A DNA stretch of 51,279 bases, the filler included, from Bipalium vagum (Eukaryota), in NCBI GenBank assembly GCA_037834085.1. It is 3 parts of 3 records of this genome, joined end to end, with 100 filler letters (N's around TTAATTAATTAA, not from the genome) between each part and the next. Parts side by side here need not be neighbours in the genome. Positions count along the whole stretch, not along the records: positions 18,450 to 35,019 come from JBBMKC010104808.1; positions 35,120 to 51,279 come from JBBMKC010124540.1; 1 more part is not named here. One strand, given 5' to 3'. The notes beneath the pieces were generated by a model. The model searched no databases. It was not told the origin of the DNA and saw only the letters and a program-made list of their open reading frames with translations. Every line of letters starts with the position of its first letter. Position 1 is the stretch's first letter. This document shows positions 23,520-36,488 of the stretch, piece by piece. The translations under genes and the position numbers were made by a program.

Positions 23520-26500
23520 GTAATAATTTGATAAATTTTATATATTTACTACAAAATAGCGATTTGAAAAATCAAACAAATCGACAAAAATATCGATTTT
23601 TTTTTCAATCTTAGTGACTAAATTTTCAATTAATTATGTGATAACAAAAAACTTATGAAATGTGGAATAGAAAATAAAGCCTGATTAATATCGATTAGTT
23701 ACTGTTCGTGTTTGTGTGTCTGTCGACAGCATACCCAATAAATTTCTCCACTTTTACGGTTTGTATTTCTTTCATTAGAGTGTGTGTGCATTTCACATTT
23801 CAAAGACACTATCTCAATGGACACATACAGATTTTCTAACATTCATCAACAAAACATAAGTGTGGAATTGAAAAATAAAACAATACTTGAATGCAATTTA
23901 TGTTATTCTGTTTTTATTAATTGTTGCTAAGATACGTGTCATAAAAATGTTAAAAAAAGATTTGTCTATTGATTTCCAATTGTGAATTTATTATCGTACA
24001 TATCAAATGGAAAATATTTCCTATGAAATTTTATTTTTTTAATTGAAATCGATAAAATCCATTTGATGTCATTCATTTTATCATTGTATGATTATGAACA
24101 TACAGTTATATAATAAGGGAGGGTAAGGAAAAACAAAATATCGATCGTTTTGATAAATATATCAACTATGTGACACACGAACACACACACGCCAATGAAG
24201 ACACACACACATCTATGACTAATGGTTTCTTTGTATCTTGAAATTGGCCAAGTCTGGTTTGATTAGCTAATCGCAAATGAAGACTACGTGGTGTGTGATT
24301 CACGAATTAGTAATTTCATTTCATTTTTAACAATTATTTTATATCGATTTTATATTTCAATGGAATTTTATTGTTTAGAAATTACCAACATCCTCTTTCA
24401 AATACTGGATTAAATATTTCTGACATGGTTATTATGGAGAGAATTCCAAGCGATAATACTACACGAGTAACACCGATTTGCAACAAACGATCGAACAATA
24501 TCCGAGTAACTAATCCCTATGATTCAAACTGTGATACTGCATCAAACAATAGATTTTCTCAATCATCTGAACAGTCGATAAATTTGAGTTCTACACATGT
24601 TAGTCAGACCATTGTTGACAGCCAAAATCAAAATTTGAGTGTAATCAAAAAAGATAGGAATTACTCGGAAAATAATGAGGGGAAAATTGTGAATAATATC
24701 AGGTAAGTATCAATTTTTTTATTTAGTTTTTATTATAAATTGTATGTACCAATTCTTTTATAACATTTAATTTACAGGCTATCTTGTAGTCCTATCACGT
24801 GGTCAACAAATACATGTACTTCTCAATCTAGCGATATTAAATCAGATATTTACAATCGACAATTTTCTCCTTTGAGTACTCCGGTTCGAAATCGAGTTGT
24901 AGCAAGAGTAGATCCATTTTCTCATACAAGTTCCAACACACATAACTCATCAATATCTAATTCTAACATATTGTCAAAAACGGTACAAAGCCCACCTTTT
25001 CTCAATCGTATTCCAAATACAATTGCGTTTCATAATGTCAATAGAAATGTTCAAAGAACCTTGAGTTCATACCCCGATAAAGAATTAAGCATGACAGTCA
25101 AGCAAGAAAATCTTATGTCTTTAAACAAAAGTTTATTGCATTGTAATGAGCGTGAATTTGGAAATTCTAGACGGAGAACTAATTATAATCAGCCTCTTAC
25201 TTATCGAATTGCTAAGAATCCTGATACTGTTTCCAAGTCTTTCGATAGTAGAACACAAATGCTTTCAAGTGTTCACAAGCTGAAATCATCGAAATCACTT
25301 AATTACAAAGTTTCTGAACACCCCAGCAAACAAATTACTGCTGCCGAAGTATTTGGAGAAGATTTTTCGGACTTGAGTGATTCAGAATCGGCATCGTCAT
25401 ACGTTTCAAATAACAGAAAAAGGAAAAAAATGTGTAAATCTCCATCAGTTGATTCGTCGTCGACTATATCAGTTTTGTCATCGGAAAAACAAAATCGTTT
25501 CATCAGAGTTTCAAAAATCCATTATAACGCAAACAAGAAGTCTATGCACATGAAACAGAAGAGATCCAAATCCCATTTAAAATCTAACAAGTGCTCTAGT
25601 GAAAACGGCAGTTCGGATGATCCGTGTTTCCAACGTCATGGTGCAAATATCAACAGACAAAAAATGACAATACAACTGAAAGAAAAATCAGATACCAGGA
25701 GCAGCTCGATGAAACCATTAACTGTCAACGTGTCTCTTTCTAATTTTGAAGACAATCAGATAGAATCAGACGATATTAGTAGTGTTGCCACAGATAACAG
25801 TTCAGTTGAAATACCGAAAAAGTGCATGAATTTAGGTAAAAAGCAAAATCAGTTAGGTAGCAGTAAGCGAAAAATTATGGGAAATAATCTTTATTGCGAT
25901 GATAATCTAAATATTTCATCATCTTCAGATATCGATCATAACGATTTTAAAAGGAAATATAAAATTAATTCAAATCGCAAAGTGAAATCTTTTTTAAACG
26001 AGTTCGAAGACAGAAAACCATCAAATTCATACGCTGTTGATCGTAGATATAAAGAAAATAAACTGATGTCAAAAAATTCCGAAGCTAGAAGTCATAATTT
26101 AAATCTGGATAATGATTATCATTCTAAAAGTAAAATGATGTATAATTCTCATAATTTTTCAAATAAATTCTTAAATGAAAAAGATAACAAACATAATTAT
26201 TTGTCTCGGAATCGTCACAATTCTGATTCACCACCGTTAAAACGCAAGAAGATCCGCCATGAAGAAATCGCGAAATCGAACGTTTACCGTTCGGATAAAA
26301 AGCTAATTGATTCATCGATTAATGTAGATATACACAAGAGTCTCAAGAGGCACGAATATCAACATTTATCTCAGGAAATTTCATCAGATGCCGTTTTTCA
26401 AAAAGAATTTGATGAATTCAAGAGAGATCAAGCTAGCGATCAAAGTTCTGTTCATAGGAAAGGAAATTCTTCAAAAGTTTCATCTGCATCCAGTGTTGGT

Positions 26501-29500
26501 ATCAAGACCTTTTCGTCATACGACAAATATAAATCCCATAAGCCGGCAAAATCTTCAAAAATTAAGAGTGTTTATACAACATCTCCAGACTGTAAAAATA
26601 TATTTCAGATTGATATGAATAACATTAATATGCACGAGTCGATGTATGATAAAGTAAAGAGACGTGCTCAAAAGCAAGCAGAAACTAAAGTTAATCAAAA
26701 CTCAGCTGAAATTAGTGAACCACGTATTAAGCGCAAAAACAAAATTGTGGAACATAAACATAAAGCGTTGAAAAATAATAAAGTATATTATAAACGGCAC
26801 AAAAAACCTCGAGATGTTGTAACATCCCCAATGTCAACTGTTTACAGCGATGATAGTAGCGCAGTCATCGATGACTCTCAATCTAATTACTCGTCGACTA
26901 TGTATGTTACTTCAGAGAAAGGGTCTGTTCACAGAACTAAACATAACAATCGAAAATTATATAAATCTACAAAAAATAGTACAGTATCTTCTTTTGAATC
27001 TCCAAATTCTTTTTCTACTACTAACTGGAAAAGGTCAAGAAATAAGAATGAAATGCTACGAATATTCAAATATAGTTCAAATAAAATGCCAGGTCTGAAA
27101 TACTTTACTTCAAAAAAAATAGACAATGATTATGAAAACGATAATGAAGATCATGAACAAATTTCGGAATTTAGTTTCAAAACGAATACTAGTAATATTA
27201 ATTTGTCCAGTAAACCAAAGAAAGAATATTTGAAAAATGAAATGGAAGAAGTTGCCAACGTCAGTGATGCAACTGGCAGTACAGAACCAATGGAATACGG
27301 GGAGGTTGATTTAGAAAGCTTAAAAATGTCAGATGATGATTGGAAGTCTGGATTGAGTAGTCAAAGTAGCAGTGAAAGTGGAAATAATCTTGTAAAAATT
27401 GATTTACGAAATAATGAAGTATCTGTGGACCAATCAGATCAGGTTAATAATGAAAAACAGATCTTGTCAGAAAAAGTCCAAATTCAAAATTTCCAAGCTG
27501 AAGATAACTCTGAATTAAGAATCAAAGAATGTGATGACAAATTAACTGATAAATTAGAACTAGTGGATAAGGCTTTAAAAAATGTGGAGAGTGAAGCGAA
27601 AAAAGAAGATATCAAGGAGGCTGAGACTGTTTTAGAAGTGGATAACCATGAATGTGTTAAAGAGGAACAAGATATTGCAATTGCCAGTATAATGCTTAAA
27701 GATGAAAATGATTCAAAGTCTCCAATCGAATGGAAGTCTAATGAGGTCAATAATGAGCTAGATAAAATTAGTCCTATCAATGATATATATGATAATTCTT
27801 GTAGTAATGAAAATATAAAAAATGATACTACTAATTATAATGAAATAACACTGTCAAAAACAGAGAATAATACCGAACTTAAAGTACGTGAATTTTCTGA
27901 ATGTATTATATCAGAAGCATTTGTTCCAATTTGTGAAAATGTGACTTTAGTGTCTGAACCAAATAACATTAATGTATCAGACATAGAGAGCGTTTTTTCC
28001 ATGGAAAAACTGATAAATCCTACAAGTTGTCCAGTAACATCTGTTGCTACTATTGAACAATGTATTTCTGTTGTTGGTAATTCCCAAATAACGATAAATG
28101 AAAATACCAGTCATAAATCAGCAGAGTCTAAAACAAATACCATACCAACACTATTTAATAATGAAGTTATAGCAACAGAAAATACGCCTTGTGTTACTTC
28201 TGTTAGCAATTCTCGTACAAGCAGCAAAGTTCAGTCCCAGTGCAAAACTAACAGTAGTCCCAATGAAAAAATTGATTTAACTTCTTATGTTAAAGGTGTC
28301 ATTGAACAAGTCAAACGGGAGCAAAATGCAGAAAATCAGAACAAATTAAAATTAGAAAAAACTTCAAATAAAAGAATAAAAAAGATAAGCTCAAATACTA
28401 ATATGCACAATAAAAATTCTCAAAGTTCTAATAATTCGAACAATAGCAATTTGTCTTTGTCTTTGTTGACAACACTTCAAAAATCTCCAGCTGTTAGTCT
28501 ACATTCAACTGTTATTGAACATTCTGATTCTCAAACGTCTGTGAGCTTAAGTAATCCATTAAGTACACCAAATATACCTGGTGTTAATGTATGTTCTCCA
28601 GTTACAACTATTAATTTAATTATGAATAAATCTACAATTGAAACAGTTTTGGCAGCTATACCAGAAACCCAGAATACTAAATCAATGACGATGAGATCAA
28701 GTATTATGAATAACTTATCAAATGGGGCAAGTATGAAAACTGATCAGAGTAGCAATTCTACATTAACTGAACTTAAGGTTAATACGGAATTGAATACAAA
28801 TCATAGCTCAACAGAGTTAACTTCGTTAGTTTCAGACCCTGGTTCGAATACCAGTTTAAAATCTCCACTTTCTGAAGATCATACCAAGCAAAGAATTTGC
28901 ACTCGACTTCGTCGAGCTGATCCAACTAGGTCCGATAGTAACTATAAAATTGTCACTACAACATGTGCAACCCGATCAGATGCCAGTGTAAACAATCAAT
29001 CAAAACCTATTATTAATGATAACAATAATCAAACTTCAATTGTAAATAAACCATTTGGCAAGCAAATAGATCATATTATGATATCTGAATCCATATCTGA
29101 TAAAATATCAGATCCATATGAACCTAATTTTGACGAATCCCCTCTTGAGTTTACAAGGTATCGTATGAAACCAAAGCCAGTCTTTTTTTCAAATGATTAT
29201 AAAATATCTAAAGCAAATGAAGACACTGGAAGCAGTACACCTATTTCATCAACTTCCAAACTGAGTTCATCAAATGTACCCACAATAAGTACTTCAACAC
29301 AAAACTCTCTAACCAATTTTAGAATTGATAGTGTAAGTCAAATCATTGAAGATGTAGTACATGGAAATTTCAATTATTCTGAATACTTAACATCATTCAA
29401 GAATGGCAAACTGGCATCATTACAAATAAGCCCACCAACAACTCCATCAACATTTGTATCAAACGATAGCCGAGATTGTTCCTCTGTGAGTGTCGAAAAC

Positions 29501-29881
29501 ATAAACAATAATAATGCTGAAACAAGTGCAAACTCTTTTAAGAAACATACTTCAATGTTAAAAGTTGCTGGTCATTCAAATATTACTACAGATGATTCTA
29601 AGAAAATAGATTCATTAATATCTACACCCTCAAGCATTAACTCTTGTAATGTTTTTGTAACAATAAACAAACCAAATGTCCAAAAGGAAAGCGTAATATC
29701 AAAATCAAGCGCACAAAGTGTTCCAGTATCTCCCGTGCTTAACTCTAATCAATCATTGTTGAATTCAGAGTTATTAACATTAATTAACCTTTGTAAAGTA
29801 AGATGTACTATTTTTAAAATTATTCGCGTATTTTATAGAGAATTTAAAATACAGTTAAATTCAATGAGTAGCTGTATCATC

Positions 29882-29943
<62 letters not shown>

Positions 29944-32900
29944 TCAAATAATATTCTGATATTATAATTTAATTATTTAATGTTTAAAATTAATTCACTC
30001 TTCTATTTATAAATTTAATTTCTACTATATTTTACGACTTCGGTTTATAAGTACAACAAAAACGATATTAAAAATCGATTTGAATAGATAACTTAACATT
30101 TTTGATCTTTGTTAAGTTAATGTTAATAATCGTTATCTTTAAATATTTATTTCGCAGTGTTATTTGTTGTATAATCCATGCGATATTATGATTTTTGATT
30201 AGAAAACAAAAAATATTTTTAAGAAAATGAAAGAGAGATGGATTATTTAATATTGATTCATTCTCACATAAAAAATATTTTTAAACTTTTTTAGCTTTAA
30301 AATTGATTTCTATTTTGATTATGTGATTGTATTTTCATTTAATTATTTTTTCTAAAAATATTTACTATTTTCACCAATTATCCTTTCTACTTCTAATTAT
30401 CACTTATTCCTTTGGGTTGTATTGTCTTATTTTATAAATTTTTATTAAATTCTTGAATCATGTTTATTAATGTAACAGAGTAAATTGGAATCTATTTTTA
30501 TTTAACCATTTGCTTTTATAATTTTAATCTTCAGAAATAATTAAATTTTTAAAAAAATTCTTGGTGTAGAATAATTAAAATACTGTCGAAATTAAAACAA
30601 AAATAAATATCAAAACAACTTAAATACGATAGTTAAATCAAATTTCAGTAGTAAAAAAATTTTAACAATTAAGTTATTTTTCAATATTAAAAATTTCTTT
30701 GAATTTTTATACTTTAATTTTAGTAAATTTTTCTATTTCAATAACAGACAAATCTTTCTTCAAACTTTAAAATTGATATATTTGAAAATTGTAAATTAAT
30801 ATAGAAACCAGTTATTAAGGATCTTATACCAAAGACTAATCATCATATATATCAATGTCTCAATAAAACTATTCATAATTTATTTATTTTTAAAAAAAAA
30901 CATTTATTGTGTGACGTTTAGAATTTAAAACGAATAAACTACATGTTCTTAAAGTCAATTAAATTTTGAACATTATTATTTAGAATAAAGAGGTAAGTTC
31001 TCAAAAACCTCATGAGCCTACTCAACAGCAAAGTTTACCTATTTCTACAATTCAACTACAATCATATAATAGAGATGTTTCGGCATTTCTGTCTAATTCT
31101 TGCACATCACCATTCGAAAAAGATTCTGGCAATCATAAATCCGGATTGAATTTTGATAAAAATTTATCCCAAACCATTTCTGATAATAATTTGCTTAACA
31201 TTACTGTTAAGTCCTTACAAACTCAACAAAATATTAATCCATCAATTTCATCGGCTGTCATAAATCAAGAAGACAATAATACTCTGAAGGCTTACTTAAA
31301 TTTATTGCAGAGATCTAATTTATCAGGAATTAATGTTGATTCATCTACTTTATCAAAGCTACAGGTACATTTACAATGTATACAGAATATTAACCAGACA
31401 GTTAATTTTGTTAAGATTGCAATAACTGAATCGTCATTGAAAAATATCAGTTCTCAATCAGATTCGAATTCTTACAGGAATAATCAAGATGTTACTCAAC
31501 CTGACACATTAACTGTTACAACAATACAAGAAAATAATCAAGATTCTATTAATCCTAATATAATGGGTCATTCACAAAATATATCTTCTAGGTCTATAGC
31601 AGATTTGATTATCCCAAGGGTAAATATTGCATTACTTAAATATTATTAGTCACTTAATATTTAGATATATCCTTTGGTATGGGAAGGGAAATTATCGTTG
31701 AAAAATGAAGAAGCAAAAGTTGCATTACATTTTGTTCATGGTAACACAGAGCTATTGAATGCCTGCATGCATCTTCTGATATTTAGTGGTTCATTACAAT
31801 GGAACAATAATGGTTCTTTGAAAATTGTACAAAGGATGAGACTTGATTTGAGTCAATTGGAAGGTGTTCAACGAAGAATGCAAAATTCCAATGAATACTG
31901 TACCAGTTTAGCTTTACCAGGAGGAGATAATATCACTCAATGGATGAAACAGTCTCAGATTCTTAAAGAAGGGTTTATAAAATATATGCGTGAGAAAGGA
32001 GCTGCTGGAATAATAAACGTTTGTCATCCTGAAAACAATCAGCAGGTAATGCTCAATTTTTTATTAATATATCTTTATAAATTTATTAATTCAGTAAACT
32101 GAGTAAAAAAACTTTTAAGTTAAATAATAAGTTATCATGGATAATTGATAATGGGTGAAATATTCTTATTTTTTTTATCTAAAATTAAAAAATATTCAGT
32201 TAAATTTTTTGTTGATCAAAATGATAGATAAACTAGTTAATTATAATGCATAAATGCTAATTTCTTCATTGCACGAACTAATTAAGAAAGCTCAAGATTT
32301 TCAATTATATTATATATGATAGATACAAATTTATGTACTTGTCCAGACCCATAATAGAAGGGTCATATTTTATTATTCATTTAAAGAATTAATGTAAATT
32401 ATTATCTTTATTAACACAGCCTCTAATTAAAATAATATTTTAGTTGTTAAAAATCATTTAGTATTATCATTATAAATCAACAAGTTAATTCCCATAACAA
32501 TTACACAATTGACTGAAAAATGATTGATTTCTCATTAGTACTTATGATTTTAATAAAAATTTTTTTTAAAAGTTTTTGTTATATGCATAATATGGGTGTA
32601 TTATAATAGGTTCCTGTGAAAAAAATAATGTTTACTCCAAGTATTTTTTTCACCTAAGAAAATATAATACTAATTGTCATTTTCAGATTTTAATAAAATC
32701 TTGCATTTATAATTTTTTATTTTCAAAAATATTATTTTATCATTTTTATATTAAATATTATTAAGTTAAGTCAAGTACGGTTAAGTGATGTAGTTAAATT
32801 TAAAGATTTTGGGGTAATCATATTCAATATTTAAAAAAATGTTTTTATTAAAGTTTTGCTTTGATATTTATTATTTTAACATTGATTAATCTATTTTATT

Positions 32901-33963
32901 TTGTGATGTGATATTAATTATTTTGTTGCCCGGTATATGGGAACACAACCTTAAAAATTCTTTATTCAAATTATTTTTGAGTTTGAAAATCGAAATTAAT
33001 TTTTATTGAAAAAAAAATATTTGAAAAACATTTCAAGTGAATCTAATTTATTTGTAAATATTAATTAGGTACAGAAATAGAAACATAACTTAAAGCTTTT
33101 ATCATAATATTACTCATTGTTTTTTAAATTAAATGATAATAAACTTTTTTTTGAGAAAGGAATTTTATACTAATTTTTATTAAGATATATTCATATAAAA
33201 GTTTATTATTGGTGTAAAATATTACTACCAGATAAAATTTCAAGAGTATTATTGATATTCTCTTTTTCTAGTTATTAAAAAATTATTTAATGTGCTAATC
33301 ATTTTTATTAATTAACTAATATTTTTAATATAAAGGTTAAAAATTCTCATTACTTTTTTGAGATCTCTTTAAAGGTAGGTTTCAAAGAAAAAATCGCTGA
33401 CATCAGAATTTTCAAGATTTTAATTTTATTTCTTGTTATAATATAGATTTTTGCATAGTCAGTAGTTTCCCTATTATTGAGAAATTTAAATATGACCACT
33501 AAATATTGTAAAGTATTAGAAAGTTGTAAATTGAAGTTATACTTCGATCTCTTCACTTCACCATTAACAATTCATTAATATCTTTAAATTTCTATCACCT
33601 CGTCCTACAATCAATACCAAAAGTAAAGTAATCAAGTCAAAATAAATCTATGTTACTATAGTAATATCTGTGGATGTTCATTGTTTGCATCTATTATATG
33701 CAGCATTGTCATCTTAAACTGTTTATGTTTCTAAGGTATTAAGCACTTATTGTATATTAAGTAAATCTATAATAGCTTTAATATATTTTATACATTTGTA
33801 TATAATTGAAATCTTTTTTATTTTTAAGGGTCTTTATGTCGTGCATATTTTTCCTCCATGTGATTTTTCAACAAAACAATTACTTTCTACAGCTCCAGAT
33901 TTACAAAATGTTATTGAAATCAATAAGTTTCCGAGCTTACTTGTGGTCATCACAACTGTTTAA
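23083..33963 (+). CDS. spen: Split ends / SHARP / Mint orthologue (partial RRM, long disordered region, SPOC), join(23083-23519,24379-24702,24778-29797,30984-31619,31665-32045,33829-33963); 5' end incomplete
   Basis: Six exons join in frame (phases 2,2,0,0,0; 6933 nt including stop). The N-terminal part resembles the last SPEN RRM; the C-terminus is a SPEN-type SPOC domain (YPLVWEGKLSLKN, LHFVHGN, LKIVQRMRLD, KGAAGIINV, HIFPPCDFS). Confidence 0.92.
24379..24702 (+). CDS. spen: spen exon (Ser/Asn-rich)
   Basis: tgtttag|A ... AG|gtaagt; phase 2/2; lies inside ORF 24371-24706. Confidence 0.85.
24778..29797 (+). CDS. spen: spen giant central exon (5020 nt; Ser/Lys/Asn/Thr-rich with basic NLS-like clusters)
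   Basis: tttacag|G CTA is in frame with the 1695-aa ORF; donor AAA|gtaaga at 29797. A very large central exon is typical of SPEN genes. Confidence 0.92.
29885..29940. repeat. (ATT)n microsatellite in a spen intron
   Basis: About 18 perfect units; source of the false poly-Leu tail of the 1695-aa ORF. Confidence 0.95.
30984..31619 (+). CDS. spen: spen pre-SPOC Gln/Asn/Ser-rich exon (may contain an internal 51-nt intron)
   Basis: atttag|AAT AAA GAG is in frame with ORF 31146-31649; donor AGG|gtaaat opens a 45-nt intron. Confidence 0.8.
31665..32045 (+). CDS. spen: spen SPOC domain exon 1
   Basis: atttag|ATA TAT CCT TTG GTA TGG ... CAG|gtaatg; SPOC motifs present. Confidence 0.95.
33829..33963 (+). 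CDS. spen: spen SPOC domain exon 2 (terminal)
   Basis: tttttaag|GGT CTT TAT: GLYVVHIFPPCDFSTKQLLSTAPDLQNVIEINKFPSLLVVITTV*, matching the SHARP C-terminus pattern YVLQIFPPCEFS...APDL...LMIVIASV. This frame is not in the ORF track. Confidence 0.93.
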   Translation, partial: GLYVVHIFPPCDFSTKQLLSTAPDLQNVIEINKFPSLLVVITTV

Positions 33964-34316
33964 TGTTTACATTTTATCATCACAGTCTTTCCAAAGGTGA
34001 ATTAAATTTTTATTAATGAAACTTAACCGATATTTTTAGAATAAGAACAATCAGAAGACATATTTCCTTTCCTACCTCAGAGGAACTGATGTATATAGTA
34101 TATACATAATTTTTTAATATGATGGCAATATTAAACGAAAGTAAACTGCTGAATGTGAATAGGTTGACTCAGATATATTCTTTGTGGCTAGAAATGTTTG
34201 CAGCATATTTTTATGATTTCATTTTGTATTTATGTAAATATTTGAATATTAAAGTGTTGTAAATGTTTTGTAAATAATGTAATGTTAATAGAAAAACGAA
34301 CGTATTGTTCCTTGCT

Positions 34317-34322
34317 AATAAA
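34317..34322 (+). terminator. Candidate polyadenylation signal of spen
   Basis: First AATAAA I find after the stop, about 355 nt downstream; the hexamer is common in AT-rich DNA. Confidence 0.4.
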
Positions 34323-34944
34323 TTATATTTATAAATCCATTAAATTTAATTTCTCTAAAATAATAATAATGAGTATATTTATGTTTATTTATATATAATA
34401 GATAAATATTTTTTTAATATGGCTTTGATAAATAAATTATTGGATAATGTTTGAGTTTTCAGTATTAATGATTTTATTTTTTAATATATTTATCTTTGAA
34501 AATATTCTGAGTTTGTTTTCTTTTTCCAAAATTTGAAGATTGAATTTTCCTGGTTAAGTCGTAATAATAAATTTGATCATAATTTACTAACTTGGAAGGG
34601 AGTGTTTACATTTTAAATTCAGAAAATGAATATGAATGAAACTTGAACCATATGTTTTAATTTTGAAAATAAGTGACATAAATGAAAAAAGTTGTTAATT
34701 GAAATGTTATTGTTTTTTGAAGTTATTTTAATTAATAATAATATAATACCTCATTATAACTAAGAAAACTCTTGAAGTAGAACAGTATAAACGCGAAGCC
34801 AAGATAGCACACATCAAAGCGGACAATTTTTTCCACAATCTACAGTTTTAAACAGAAAATCAATAAAATCATACTAGTAAAATCAATTTGATTTAGTTGA
34901 TTTTGTGGGCTCGTTGAATGTCTTGGATTTTCAGTCTCAAATTA

Positions 34945-35019
34945 AATCAATCTTGTTTATGGATGAATCCAATTTAAACATACATATTTCAAGAACGCAG
35001 GGGAGATCGAGGAAAGGAA
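34945..35019 (+). mobile_element. IS630/Tc1-like transposase fragment abutting the gap
   Basis: LFMDESNLNIHISRTQGRSRKG fits the first catalytic-Asp motif (FxDEsxFN...R..GRS.KG). Confidence 0.65.
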
Positions 35020-35119
35020 NNNNNNNNNNNNNNNNNNNNNNNNNNNNNNNNNNNNNNNNNNNNTTAATTAATTAANNNNNNNNNNNNNNNNNNNNNNNNN
35101 NNNNNNNNNNNNNNNNNNN
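35020..35119. other. Assembly gap (44 N + TTAATTAATTAA linker + 44 N)
   Basis: Same artificial spacer as 18350-18449. Confidence 0.97.
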
Positions 35120-36488
35120 AAGAATAATAATAACATTAATGAGGGATAATATTAATAATTAATAATGATAATAATAATTTATTTAATAATAATAGTAATA
35201 ATTGTTAAAATAATGACAAAGACAGACTAGTTGAGGAAATCGGTAAATGTTTACTGCTTGTGTTTTGCTTGGTATAATTGATTGATATTTTATTTTTACT
35301 GATTAATTAATTTATGATATTATTACTGTATGGCGGATCGTCATTTGTGATATCATTTCTTTTAACATTTCAATATTAGTGAGTGAGGTACATTAATCGT
35401 ACGACACAGGGGATACCATTGTGGTTATTAAAAATAACAGGAGGTAACATTGTGATTGAGTTACAAATAATAAACTTTTTGTTGCATATATTTGTGATAG
35501 TTGAAGGTTTGGATGGACAAGCACATAACCAAATTAGTAATGGATAAATTTGAGAGAATAGTTTTATATAAGTTTTTCTTTTTTGTGACAACATTGACTA
35601 GACTACAATCTTTAATTTTTTAGACTAATCCACTTTTAATATATGAAAACCTTCGTGTACCTCAATCATTTTTGGTGGAATTGTTTCTGATATTTATTTT
35701 ATAGCTGTCACTAGGTCTCTTACTATCGGAGCTCTCTCTTGTGGGTGCACCAAAACATTCAGATAACTGTCCTTCCAATATCACATCGACATCTTCAGTA
35801 ATTCTTTTGATTACTTCCATAAATCTTTGTTTCCTTTTTCTTTAGTCTGAGATTTTTCTATTTCAGTTTGTTTAACATTCTGAATCGTTAACGACACCAT
35901 CATTTCAATGGAATTTTCATTATAGAGAACACTTTTCTTACATTAAGGAAGAATCATTATTTTTTTTAGAAAATAATAAGGTTTAATTTGTCCAAAATTT
36001 TTGTTTCTTTCTGTCATTTTTCTGATAATTTTTTAAAAATAAATTTTTTATTTTTGAAATGCATTTGTTTTAATTATTAAATTTTAATTATTATTAATGT
36101 ATTATTTGATGTGTAACATATTAGAAATCTCTGATAAATAAAATATTTACATAAAAGCGCACGATATTTTTCACATTTTTTACTGTTTAAATTTTATAAA
36201 TTTGAAGAAAATTTTGAATATTTACAAAGCAAAGTCTATTTTAAAACTTTCTAAAAAAGCATTAGAAATAATGAATATTTTTCTATAATCTTCTCTGAGA
36301 ACGCTTTTTAGTGATTAGAATTTTTTTCTTAATCTTTTTATTTTTAGTTTTATTTGCGACTGAAACAAAATTGAAAGAAATGTACTCGTCTGTGATACAA
36401 ATAAACTAGACTGGTCATTGAATCATGTAAAAAATAAAGGAAGTAGAATAATATAAATAAAATCATATAATATGTGATTGCATTAAAT

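Noticed and set aside
25303-27780. Small antisense and alternate-frame ORFs within the giant exon
   Set aside because: Shadow ORFs of a long biased coding sequence.
29798-29959. Poly-Leu, transmembrane-like tail of the 1695-aa ORF
   Set aside because: Read-through past the donor at 29797 into an intronic (ATT)n microsatellite.
33806-34000. 64-aa ORF in the track
   Set aside because: Wrong frame; the real product is the terminal SPOC exon 33829-33963.
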